From Macrostomum lignano (taxonomy: Eukaryota), in contig NIVC01002558.1 in NCBI GenBank assembly GCA_002269645.1, forward strand, positions 97,738-161,737: a DNA stretch of 64,000 nt. Reading direction: 5' to 3'. Below, piece by piece: positions 1-13,570 of this stretch. The notes beneath the pieces are model-generated. The model was not told the DNA's origin and ran no database searches. It worked only from the letters and a program-made list of their open reading frames with translations. Each line of letters starts with the position of its first letter. The stretch's first letter is position 1. The position numbers were made by a program, and so were the translations under genes.

Positions 1-214
1 TCTCTTGGGAGATGAAGACGCCAGCTTCCAGTAGAACGGAACGAATCAACGGATGAGTAGAGTCTGATTCGAGTTAGATTGAGTTAACAAGTATTCAAAT
101 TTATACATGAGATCAAATGCTTCCAGTTCCACCCAACGAATTTGAGACCAATTCTCAGTGCTTTTTGCTGTTAGTACAGTGTAACTATTGTAGAACTCAA
201 TGCGGCGGCAGTAG

Positions 215-1410
215 GAACTCTCTGAACTGCCCTGAAGTGACGGTCTGAACTGCCCTGAAGTGGCGGTCTGAACTGCCCTGAAGTGGCGGTCTAAACTGCC
301 CTGAAGTGACGGTCTGAACTGTCCTGAAGTGACGGTCTGAACTGCCCTGAAGTGACGATCTGAACTGTCCTGAAGTAGCGGTCTGAACTGCCCTGAAGTG
401 ACGATCTGAACTGTCCTGAAGTAGCGGTCTGAACTGCCCTGAAGTGACGATCTGAACTGCCCTGAAGTGATGGTCTGAACTGTCCTGAAGTGATGGTCTG
501 AACTGCCCTGAAGTGACGGTCTGAACTGTCCTGAAGTAGCGGTCTGAACTGCCCTGAAGTGGCGGTCTGAACTGCCCTGAAGTGACGGTCTGAACTGTCC
601 TGAAGTAGCGGTCTGAACTGCCCTGAAGTGACGGTCTGAACTGTCCTGAAGTAGCGGTCTGAACTGCCCTGAAATGACGGTCAGAAGTGTCCTGAAGTGA
701 CGGTTTGATCAGTCCTGAAGTGACGGTCTGAACTGTCCTGAAGTGACGGTCTGAACTGTCCTGAAGTAGCGGTCTGAACTGCCCTGAAGTGACGGTCTGA
801 ACTGTCCTGAAGTGACGGTCTGAACTGTCCTGAAGTGGCGGTCTAAACTGCCCTGAAGTGGCGGTCTGAACTGCCCTGAAGTAGCGGTCTAAACTGCCCT
901 GAAGTGACGGTCTGAACTATCCTGAAGTGACGGTCTGAACTGCCCTGAAGTGACGATCTGAACTGTCCTGAAGTAGCGGTCTGAACTGCCCTGAAGTGAC
1001 GATCTGAACTGTCCTGAAGTAGCGGTCTGAACTGCCCTGAAGTGACGATCTGAACTGTCCTGAAGTAGCGGTCTGAACTGCCCTGAAGTGACGGTCTGAA
1101 CTGTCCTGAAGTAGCGGTCTGAACTGCCCTGAAGTGACGGTCTGAACTGTCCTGAAGTAGCGGTCTGAACTGCCCTGAAGTGACGGTCTGAACTGCCCTG
1201 AAGTGACGGTCTGAACTGTCCTGAAGTAGCGGTCTAAACTGCCCTGAAGTGGCGGTCTGAACTGCCCTGAAGTGGCGATCTGAACTGCCCTGAAGTGATG
1301 GTCTGAACTGTCCTGAAGTGATGGTCTGAACTGTCCTGAAGTGACGGTCTGAACTGTCCTGAAGTGACGGTCTGAACTGTCCTGAAGTGACGGTCAGAAG
1401 TGTCCTGAAA
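215..1410 (+). repeat. 23-bp minisatellite (TGAACTGYCCTGAAGTRRCGGTC), ~50 copies
   Basis: Visible tandem array upstream of SLC6. Confidence 0.97.
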
Positions 1411-2027
1411 CGGCAATCCAACTATTTCAAACTGGGCAGGCGCAAATGCATCATATTGGGCAACAATAATGAATGTGCCTCAATATTTACTCTACTCGTT
1501 CATGAATACACATAAATTATGAATACCAAAGCATTTAATATATTTGGTTTTGGCACCCCCCCCCCCCAACTCGTCCATCTTCTGTTAAAAGAGATCCACT
1601 AAGCAAAAATTCCAAACCAAAAACTACCCGCCACATCAAAGCATATTTGCGCAATGTGAACACAAAGTCATAAATTTGTAGATGTGGCTCGTAAACACTG
1701 ACCAGACCTAACCCCAGTGAAACCATGCAATTTGTGCACCTCGCCAAAGGCTCAAACCGACTCAAAACTCAGGTACAGAGACTGCAGTCCATTGTGCCAA
1801 TTTCTGTCAGACTCAGACGCTGCAAGGCAAAACTCTGTCTGCACGAAGTCCAATGAAGGCTGAGCCCACAGTCACTGCCCTACGATAGGATGGCGGCGTA
1901 GAAAAGAATTTTCATCTGATAAAAACCGTGTCTGCTGTCCAGATAGTGCTAGTTGTAAATCACTGAACTGACCAGTGGCCGACTGTCAATACTCAAGGTA
2001 ATAATAATTCAACTGTCTAATCTGAAT

Positions 2028-5000
2028 ATGAAACCGGCTAGCGAATTGCCTCGCCAGCACTGGGACTCACAGGTAGAGTTCGTGCTGTCCGCTGTGGGAT
2101 TCGCCATCGACTTGGCCAACGTGTGGCGGTTTCCCTACCTTTGCTACAAGTATGGCGGCGGTGAGTTGCTGTGCGGCTGCGGCCAACTGGGGATGGGGTA
2201 CAGGGGATGGGGTACAGGGGAATGGGGGACAGGGGATGGGGGACAGGGGAATGGGGAACAGGGGGATTGAGAACGGGGGATTGAGAACAGGGGATGTGGA
2301 ACGGGGAACGGGGATGGGGAACGGGGAATGGGGAACGGGGAATGGGGAACGGGGAATGGGGAACGGGGAATGGGGAACGGGGAATGGGGAACGGGGAATG
2401 GGGAACGGGGAATGGGGAACGGGGAATGGGGAACGGGGAATGGGTAATAGGGGAATAGGGAACAGGGGAATGGGTAACAGGGGAATGGGTAACAGGGGAA
2501 TGGGGAACAGGGGAATGGGGAACAGGGGATGGGTAAAAGGGGAATGGGGAACAGGGGAATGGGTAATAGGGGAATGGGGAACAGGGGAATGGGTAACAGG
2601 GGATGGGTAAAAGGGGAATGGGGAACAGGGGAATGGAGAACAGGGGAATGGGTAACAGGGGAATGGGGAACAGGGGAATGGGTAACAGGGGAATGGGGAA
2701 CAGGGGAATGGGTAACAGGGGAATGGGTAACAGGGGAATGGGTAACAGGGGAATGGGTAACAGGGGAATGGGTAACAGGGGAATGGGTAACAGGGGAATG
2801 GGTAACAGGGGAATGGGTAACAGGGGAATGGGTAACCGGGGAATGGGTTACAGGGGAATGGGTAACAGGGGAATGGGTAACCGGGGAATGGGTTACAGGG
2901 GAATGGGTAACAGGGGAATGGGTAACGAGGGAGTGTACGGGAAAAGGAAATTGCAAAAATGTAATCAAACGTGCAAGCAATAGCAATAGCGCTAAAAGTA
3001 CAAACTACCCCTACTCCAACACTCCTCAGGCGCCTTCCTCATCCCTTACATCGTGTGCAACATATTCCAAGCGATGCCCCTGCTTTACCTGGAGATCAGC
3101 CTGGGCCAGACACAGCAGGCTGGCTGCATCCAGGTGTGGGACGTGTCACCGGCTGGCAGGGGCATCGGAGTGGCGCAGTGCCTGCTTGGCATCGGCATGT
3201 TTTATTATAACGTCATGGTTGGCTGGTGCATATTTTTCTTCTTCAACTCGTTCACGGCTGGCGAGCTGCCCTGGATGACCTGCGGGCACGACTTCAACAC
3301 GCCATGGTGCCGCACGGTGGACCAGTTCCGCAATCTGTCTGCGCTCAACCAGACTGGTGACTCTGTGCTCTCGTCTGTTGAGTACTTTGAGTGAGTTGCC
3401 TTGGATCTGAACTGACACCTTTAGATCCGAACTGACACCCTCAGCTCCAATCTGACACCCTCAGATCCGATCTGACACACTCAGATCCAATCTGACACAC
3501 TCAGATCCAATCTGACACACTCAGATCCAATCTAACACACTCAGATCCGAACTGACACACTCAGATCCGATCTGACACACTCAGATTTGAACTGACACCC
3601 TCAGATTTGAACTGACACCCTCAGATCCGAACTGACACACTCAGATCCGAACTGACACACTCAGATCCGAACTGACACACTCAGATCCGAACTGACACAC
3701 TCAGATCCGAACTGACACACTCAGATCCAAACAGACACACTCAGCTCCAATCTGACACACTCATATCCAATCTGACACACTCAGATCCAATCTGACACAC
3801 TCAGATCCAATCTGACACACTCATATCCAATCTGACACACTCAGATCCAATCTGACACACTCAGATCCGAACTGACACACTCAGATACGAACTGACACAC
3901 TCAGATCCGAACTGACACACTCAGATCCAAACAGACACACTCAGATCCGAACTGACACACTCAGATCCGAACTGACACACTCAGATCCGAACTGACACAC
4001 TCAGATCCGAACTGACACACTCAGATCCGAACTGACACACTCAGATACGAACTGACGCCCTCCAGTGCACACCAAAGTCGATAATTTTAGTAACAGAAAC
4101 TTTTTCATTTAAAGCCCTAACAAATTAATTAATTTGTCATTGACTTTTTCCCACACTTCTCTAGTTGCCACCCTTTTTGAGTGATGATTACTCCGAAGCC
4201 AATTGACAGAAATTAGCAAGTCTTTCCTCTAGAATCCCAGCAATAAAAGCAATAAAAGCAACACACAGGCTTCGCTACAAGCAATTATGTCAAGTAATAG
4301 TTTTTGAGTATCGTTTTGCACCGCCAGCGCAACCCTCGACGCAACCGGGGCCTGCCCGGAAAGTTTGACAGCTTATCGCCTATCGCCTAAGCTCGCATGC
4401 TGGGCAAAATTGCTTCGGCACAGCTGGTCTCATCTCGACAAGTTAATTAAGTCTAATTAGAAGGATAACAATTATCCGCTCAGAGTGCTGCTGCCGCCAC
4501 ACTGTGGCTTCTTAATTAATTAACAGTCCTCAATTACCCTTGCTAAGTTGAACTTGTGCACTGGACAGATTTACTCCGAACTCTGAAGCAATAACTTTTG
4601 AAATTCTGTGTCATTTAGGGATAAGAGACAGGAGAGTGCCAGAAGAGACAGGAGAGTGCCAGAAGAGACAGGAGAGTGCCGGCAGAGAGACATGAGAGTG
4701 CCAGAAGAGACAGGAGAGTGCCGGCAGAGAGACAGGAGAGTTCCAGAAGAGACACGAGAGTGCCAGAATAGACAGGAGAGTGCCGGCAGAGAGACAGGAA
4801 AGTGCCAGAAGAGACGGGAGAGTGCCAGAAGAGACACGAGAGTGCCAGAAGAGAGACAGAAGAGTGCCAGAAGAGACAGGAGAGTGCCAAAAGAGACAGG
4901 AGAGTGCCAAAAGAGACAGGAGAGTGCCAGAAGAGACGGGAGAGTGCCGGCAGAGAGACAGGAGAGTGCCAGAAGAGACACGAGAGTGCCAAAAGAGACA

Positions 5001-8000
5001 GGAGAGTGCCAGAAGAGACAGGAGAGTGCCAAAAGAGACAGGAGAGTGCCAGAAGAGACGAGAGAGTGCCTGCAGAGAGACACGAGAGTGCCAGAAGAGA
5101 CAGAGTTTCACAATAGCTTTCGTACATCTTTACGCAGCTGTCATTCCGAAAGACAGAACTTTAATTAGCAGAAGATAAAAAAAAGTTTGACATGCTGGAG
5201 GGTTTAAAGGCGCAGAGTAATCACGGAGTTGCAGGCCTTCTCCAGCGCTAAATGCGCACTGAAGTGACCTTAACGGTTGGTTCGCCCCCCGCTACTCATC
5301 AAGTGCGCACAGTGAGCTATATGCTCTCACAGTGGAAGACCCAATTAGCCTGAGCAGGCTGCGAATTGAGAACCCTAATTAATTTACAACCTGCTGCTAT
5401 CTTGGCTGCCTGGCGTCACAAAAAGTGAGGCGGGCACCGGCTCAGCTGAGCATTTTGAGCGCTTGGTTAGATGAAGAGGACTCGAATTTTAGATTTTTTA
5501 TTGTTCCTTTCATCGCTAACTCAAGCGCACTCGAAGCAGGTTGTGTGTGCGCCCCATCGCTCTCATACTCATACTGTCATGATAGCAGCTGCCAGGCAGA
5601 AATTAGAGATGGACGGCACCCCCCGCTCTTGGGGCCACTCTGCGTCGCGAGAAAATTTTGGAAATTGTTCGTTGTTGCTTTATTATCGGAGTTTAAACAG
5701 GACGAGAGGGTACAGATGGAGGCACATTGTCTTTATGAATCGCAACTTTTGGCACTGCACTTTTTTGAGTTTGTCCTCTCTGAGTTTCACTTTGAGTCCT
5801 CTTCTGAGTTTTACTGCATAACTTAGTTAGTGACAGGTAGAGGGGGAATTAGTGATAGGTAGAGGGGGAATTAGTGACAAATAGAGGGGGATTAGTGATA
5901 GGTAGAGGGGGGAATTAGTGACAAATAGAGGGGGAATTAGTGACAAATAGAGGGGGGATTAGTGACAGGTAGAGGGGGGAATTAGTGATAGGTAGAGGGG
6001 GATTAGTGATAGGTAGAGGGGGATTAGTGATAGGTAGAGGGGGGAATTAGTGATAGGTAGAGGGGGATTAGTGATAGGTAGAGGGGGGATTAGTGACAGG
6101 TAGAGGGGGAATTAGTGACAGGTAGAGGGGGGAATTAGTGACAAATAGAGGGGGAATTAGTGACAAGGTAGAAGGGGAAATTAGTGACAGGTACAGGATA
6201 GATTAATTAGTGGCAGATATAGAGTGTGAAATTGGAGACAGGTACAGGGGGAAAAGTGACAGGTAGAGGGGGAAAGGTACACGTAGATGAGGGAAAAAAG
6301 TGACAGGTAGATGCAGGAACAGGTGACGGGTAGAAATTCGTAGAGTATTTAAAATTCCAATTCACTGCAGATTTAAAAAATACAGATTTTAAAACGGAGC
6401 AAAAATATTAAGCGCTAGCAGACAAACAAAACAACACCGAAAAAACCTCACCTCCCCTGCCAGACGCGGCCTGCTGGCGGTGCACCAGAGCCCGAACATC
6501 GAGACCCTGGGCAGGCCCCGGTTCGTGCTGGTTGCCTGCATCTTCATTGCCTACGCAATCATATTCTTTGCCCTCTGGCGCGGAATCAAGTCATCCGGCA
6601 AGGTGGTGTACATCACCGCCACCATGCCCGTGCTGCTGCTCGTCATCCTGCTGATCAACGGAGTACAGCTGCCTGGCGCCACCAAGGGTATCGACTATTA
6701 CATTCGGCCGGACGTGTCCAAGATTGACCTCTTTGTGAGATCCGGTTGATGAATTTGAAGAAAGAGGCTGGGAATAAATAAATATTAGCAGGAGGATTGT
6801 GGGCATCCAGTGGGGGTATTAAAATTTTAACTTCTTAGGCATATGATCTTAACCAGATTCCATATTTTCTAAAATAATATTCTCTCAAATTCTCTCAAAA
6901 TCCCATATCCGAAATCCCATATTCCCTTAGTCCGATATCACCACATTCCATGCCTAAATCCCATATCCCCCAAAAAATCCCATATTCGACTAAATACCAT
7001 ATTCTACCATATCTCAGATTCTAGCGAATCCTGTGTCCCAAATCCCATATCCCCAAATCCCATATCCCCAAATGGCCCATGTCCCCAAATCCCATATCCA
7101 AAGACCTCGTATCCCCCAACTCCAAAGCTTCCCGAAACCCTCATCCCCAACCCGGACAGGCGTGGATCGAGGCCTCAGTGCAGGTGTTCTACTCAACGGC
7201 GGCCGGGTTCGGGGGCCACCTGAGCCTGTCCAGCTACAACAAGCGCAGCAGCAACTGCTACCGGGACACCATCATCACCATCGTGTGCAACGCCTGCTTC
7301 AGCTTCCTGTCCGGCTTTGTGGTGTTCGCCTATCTCGGCTACATGGCCGACCTCACCAACCGCAGCGTGGAGGCTGTGGCTTCTGACGGTGAGTTCAGTG
7401 CAGTGCTCAAAGCGTCCAATATAGCAACTCAATGTACTCAGTAAAGCTTACAAATAGTATATTACTTAATGTACTGGTACTCATTAAACTTAGCTTAGTC
7501 ATAGTTCTTTGTATAAATGAAGCACGTAATACTCAGTGTGATTTCAATGCATAATATAATGTTCACTAGCCACTGCACATGTACTTTTAGTGTTCGGTAT
7601 AGTAATTTTGTAAAGGTATGTGTGTACCTTTAGGGCTAAGCATATCACTCAGTGTCTTTTTCGAGCTCAATAAAGTATTCAGTGTACTTTTAATGATCAT
7701 TAAAGTATTCAGTGTACTTTTAGTGATCAGTAAAGTATTCAGTGTACTTTTAGTGATCAGTAAAGTATTCAGTGTACTTTTAATGATCATTAAAGTATTC
7801 AATGTACTTTTAGTGATAAGTAAAGTATTCAGTGTACTTTTAGTGATCAGTAAAGTATTCAGTGTACTTTTAATGATCATTAAAGTATTCAATGTACTTT
7901 TAGTGATAAGTAAAGTATTCAGTGTACTTTTAGTGATCATTAAAGTATTCAATGTACTTTTAGTGATCAGTAAAGTATTCAGTGTACTTTTAGTGATCAG

Positions 8001-11000
8001 TAAAGTATTCAGTGTACTTTTAATGATCATTAAAGTATTCAATGTACTTTTAGTGATAAGTAAAGTATTCAGTGTACTTTTAGTGATCAGTAAAGTATTC
8101 AGTGTACTTTTAATGATCATTAAAGTACTCAATGTACTTTTAGTGATAAGTAAAGTATTCAGTGTACTTTTAATGATCATTAAAGTATTCAATGTACTTT
8201 TAGTGATAAGTAAAGTATTCAGTGTACTTTTAGTGATCATTAAAGTATTCAATGTACTTTTAGTGATCAGTAAAGTATTCAGTGTACTTTTAGTGATCAG
8301 TAAAGTATTCAGTGTACTTTTAGTAATCAGTAAAGTATTCGGCCATACTCAGTGTATTAGCGAACATAACCGTAGTACTTATTGTGCTCCCAGTGCTCAA
8401 TGCACAAAAACTATTTAGTACAGCACACAGACGCTGCAAGAAAACTTTGACCGCTTCGATACGGAACCGCAGGTCCCGGCCTGGTGTTCCAAGTCTACCC
8501 GCTGGCCGTTGGCACCCTGCCAATTCCGCAGCTCTGGTCCTGCCTGTTCTTCTTCATGCTCATTAATCTCGGAGTGGACAGCTTTGTGAGCAGTTATCTC
8601 GGCTGATAAATTTTGTAAACTTGTGACAAGTAGAAGGGAATTGGTGACAGGTAGAGGGGAATTGGTGACAGGTAGAGGGGAATTGGTGACAGGTAGAGGG
8701 GAATTAGTGACAGGTAGAGGGAATTGGTGACAGATAGATGGGAATTGGTGACGGGTAGAGGGGAATTGGTGACAGATAGAGGGGAATTAGTGACAGGTAG
8801 AGGGGAATTAGTGACAGATAGAGGGGAATTAGTGACAGGTAGAGGGGAATTAGTGATAGGTAGAGGGGAAATAGTGACAGGTAGAGGGGAATTAGTGACA
8901 GGTAGAAGAGAATTAGTGACAGGTAGAGGGGAATTAGTGACAGGTAGAGGGGAATTAGTGACAGGTAGAGGGGAATTAGTGACAAGTAGAGGGGAATTAG
9001 TGACAGGTAGAGGGGAATTAGTGACAAATACAGGGGGAATTAGTGACAGGTAGAGAGGGAATTGACGGGCAGGTAGAGAGGACGATTGAAGCCAGGCTGA
9101 GATAGATACCGGTATGAGTGGAAAGTTTAGATTCACTGCTGGGACCTCACATTCCAACAGCTATTCAATTTAAAATGGCTCCAAAATTAAGCGCGAAGAA
9201 ACAAGCAAAACACTACTGCAAGTAGCTAATATGTACTAATGCAAAACACTAATTAAGTCATTGTCAGTGTTTTTTTGGGGGAATATGGGATTTGAGAGTT
9301 AGGAGATTTGGGGATACGGGATTTGAGGATATATGTTTTGATGTATTAAAACACTACTGCAAATATCTAATGTGCACTAATAGCTAATATGTAGCTAAAT
9401 ATTACTGCAAGTAGCTAGCTTAAAAATTAAAAACAACGTTTAATCTTGGCAGATGACTGGCGTGGAGACGGTCCTAACCGGTTTCGGCGAGGTGCTGCTG
9501 AAATTCGACTGTATGAATGGCAAATACTTTCGCGTGACATTCACCTTCTTGTACCTGTTGCTGCACTTCCTGCTGGCCCTGCTGCTCAGCACTCCGGTGT
9601 GTGACACGAGTTATTGCCAGATTTACAGTAGTTGAAATTGCAGAACAACGTTTAAACTTTTTCAATTGACGAAATCTCTTAGATTGGGTGCGGGCTAGTC
9701 TATAATGAGAAGGCTGTGAGCCAATTCTCAATTTAAATCATGGGTGGGCAGAAGAGAGGAGAGGAGAGAGGAGAGGAGAGGAGAGGAGAGGAGAGGAGAG
9801 AGAGAGGAGAGAGGAGAGAGGAGAGAGGAGAGAGGAGAGAGAGAGGAGAGAGGAGAGAGGAGAGAGGAGAGAGGAGAGAGGAGAGAGGAGAGAAGAGAGA
9901 GAGAGGAGAGGAGAGAGGAGAGAGGAGAGAGGAGAGGAGAGAGGAGAGAGGAGAGAGGAGAGAGGAGAGAGGAGAGAGGAGAGAGGAGAGGAGAGGAGAG
10001 GAGAGGAGAGAGGAGAGAGGAGAGGAGAGGAGAGAGGAGAGAGGAGAGAGGAGAGAGGAGAGGAGAGGAGAGAGGAGAGAGGAGAGAGGAGAGAGGAGAG
10101 GAGAGGAGAGAGGAGAGAGGAGGAGAGAATGTAGAGAAGGGAACTGAGAAGATACGCAAACCTTGATTGCTATGACCGGATTGCTAATGTGAAGTTTCAA
10201 AGGACCCGAGGGCTGGATGGAGAGGCTCTGTGGGCCGCTCCCGCATGTGGCCTGATTAAAATAGAAAAATGAATGTAATTAGAATTTTATTTAATTTAAA
10301 GTAGATAAGAGCGCGCAGTAGAAAGTCAGAAGGGGTTGAAAAAGTTGTACACTCTTAGCTTGAGAGGCGATCGATAGCCGATGTACAGCAATTAAATAAG
10401 AATTTTTAAAAGGGCAGAGAGTAGATAAGGCCGCACTACGCAAGACTGCGTCTTCTGAACCCCTTCAGGGCGGCATGTACGTCTGGAATCTGCAGAACAA
10501 CTTCGTCCCCGGCCTGTCTCTGATCTTCATCGCCTTCTGCGACGCTGTAGCCATCGCCTGGCTGTACGGTGAGATCCGGGATCTTTGTCTGCGTTTCCCA
10601 GGCAAAGAAGTGCGAATGGATTTTAACGGCATAAAATAGTTGTAAAAATGATGCTTTAAAATTATCAAACTGGCGTAAACAAAACAAAAAAGTTTTTTCA
10701 AAAGCGCTTAATGAGTTTTCAAAATGGCGCTAAAATAGCTGTGAAAAGGGTGCTAAAAAGCTATCAAAATGGCATTTGAATAGCTATCAAAATGGCACTT
10801 GAATAGCTATCAAAATGGCGCTTGAATAGCTATCAAAATGGCGCTTGAATAGCTATCAAAATGGCGCTTGAATAGCTATCAAAATGGCACTTGAATAGCT
10901 ATCAAAATGGCGCCTGAATAGCTATCAAAATGGCACTTGAATAGCTATCAAAATGGCGCTTGAATAGCTATCAAAATGGCACTTGAATAGCTATCAAAAT

Positions 11001-13517
11001 GGCGCCTGAATAGCTATCAAAATGGCACTTGAATAGCTATCAAAATGGCGCTTGAATAGCTATCAAAATGGCACTTGAATAGCTATCAAAATGGCGCTTG
11101 AATAGCTATCAAAATGGCGCTTGAATAGCTATCAAAATGGCACTTGAATAGCTATCAAAATGGCACTTGAATAGCTATCAAAATGGCGCTTGAATAGCTA
11201 TCAAAATGGCGCTTGAATAGCTATCAAAATGGCACTTGAATAGCTATCAAAATGGCGCTTGAATAGCTATCAAAATGGCACTTGAATAGCTATCAAAATG
11301 GCGCTTGAATAGCTATCAAAATGGCACTTGAATAGCTATCAAAATGGCGCTTGAATAGCTATCAAAATGGCACTTGAATAGCTATCAAAATGGCGCTTGA
11401 ATAGCTATCAAAATGGCACTTGAATAGCTATCAAAATGGCACTTGAATAGCTATCAAAATGGCACTTGAATAGCTATCAAAATGGCGCTTAAAAAGCTAT
11501 CAAAATGGCGCTTGAATAGCTATCAAAATGGCACTTGAATAGCTATCAAAATGGCACTTGAATAGCTATCAAAATGGCGCTTGAATAGCTATCAAAATGG
11601 CGCTTGAATAGCTATCAAAATGGCGCTTGAATAGCTATCAAAATGGCGCTTGAATAGCTATCAAAATGGCGCTAAATATTGATCAAAATGGCGCTAAAAT
11701 AATGATCAAAATGGCGCTTAAGTGTCAAAATGGCGCTAAAATAGCTGCAAAAATTGGGCTTAAAATCTTTTTATTAATGCTAAAAAGGTATTTTAAAAAG
11801 TGATTTAAAAGTATCGACTTAAAAAAGCCTAGAATGGAATAAAATAAAAGAACAATCTCTAAAATAGTGTATCTAAGTAAAATTAAACATTACTTTTTTA
11901 CTTTTTCAGCCGCAATAGCAAACTACAGTAGAATTTAAAAAGTTGTGCAGCATTAAATTGAATCCACTCACGCTATGGCTTATTGAAGGAGATCTGCTGT
12001 CTGCTGTCACTTCAGCCTCCAGTGCATGACCTCCCGCTGCGCCCGCTATTTAAGTGAGCAATTAAAATCCAATTAACCTCCCACCACAGGTCTGGACGAG
12101 TTCTGCTCCGACATCAAGAATGCGATCGGCATCTCGCCTGGCATTTTCTGGCGCATCACCTGGAAGATCATATCGCCCGCGTTCATTCTGGTGCGTCTGG
12201 TGGCGCAAATTCTAATAATACCTAACCGCCTCAATTGTTTTCATATTGCAACGGTTCCATTATATTACTGCTTTGCGTACTCGAAGTAGTCTAGCAGGAA
12301 TTTTAGAATCTGGACAGGTTTCGTAGGGAAAGAAAGAAATTATGAAATTATGAAACCTATGAGTAAGCTCTTAGAAACCATAGAAACCAAATTGACTCCC
12401 TTAAAAATCTATTAGTCACCTTATAAAAACTATTTTTGAAGCCTTATAAACCAGTTTTGCCTGGTTGGAAACCAACCAATTAGGCGTCCTTAGTAACCGG
12501 TTTATCCCCATGGAAAGCACACTACACACTAATCTAAGATTTTGGCATAAAGCTTTAGACTGGCGGATCCGGGGGTCTAGGAGGTTGGCCCTCAGAAAAT
12601 TAGGGGGGTCACAACCCCCCCGGTAAAAATTCTGAATCCGCCACTGAAGCTGAAAATGCCGCGACCCCATCTGCAGTGCATCATCGTGGCCACGATCTAC
12701 ACTTCGTTCGACACGACCAGCTATTTGTACTTTTACGCCTACTCGATGTACCACCCGGAGCTGTTTCCCAATCGCACGTCGGACGGCGTCTATTTGTACT
12801 TTTATTCGGATTCGGCCAAAGCGATCGGCTGGACGCTGACCCTGGTGCAGATTGCGGCCATCTTCCTGTTCGCCATCATCGCTATCGTTCAGTACAGGGT
12901 GAGGGGCTGGGGACCGCGTCAATATGTAGTCAGTAAACTGTTGAATGATAGCAGACCAAAAATAATATATATTTGAATCTATTAATCAATCATTCAAGGA
13001 ACTAGTGTACCATTGCATCAATAAGCCAATCAATCAATTTACCAGTCAATTTAACCGACAAGTTAACCAATCAACAAATCAATCAATCAATAAATCAATC
13101 AACAAATCAACAAATCCATCAATCAATCAATCAATCAATCAATCAGTCAACAAATCAACAAATCCATCAATCAATCAACAAATCCATCAATCAATCAACA
13201 AATCCATCAATCAATCAATAAATCCATCAATCAACAAATCAACAAATCAATAAATCCATCAATCAATTAATCAATCAATCAATCAACAAATCAACCAATC
13301 AATCAATAAATCCATCAATCAACAAATCAACAAATCCATCAATCAATAAATCAATCAATCAATCAATCAACAAATCAACAAATCAATCAATCAATCAATC
13401 AGTCAACAAATCAACAAATCCATCAATCAATCAATAAATCCATCAATCAACAAATCAACAAATCAATAAATCCATCAATCAATCAATAAATACATCAATC
13501 AACAAATCAACAAATCC

Positions 13518-13570
<53 letters not shown>

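Noticed and set aside
5425-5826. 133-aa and 116-aa ORFs in SLC6 intron 2
   Set aside because: No recognisable homology and not needed for the phase-consistent gene model.
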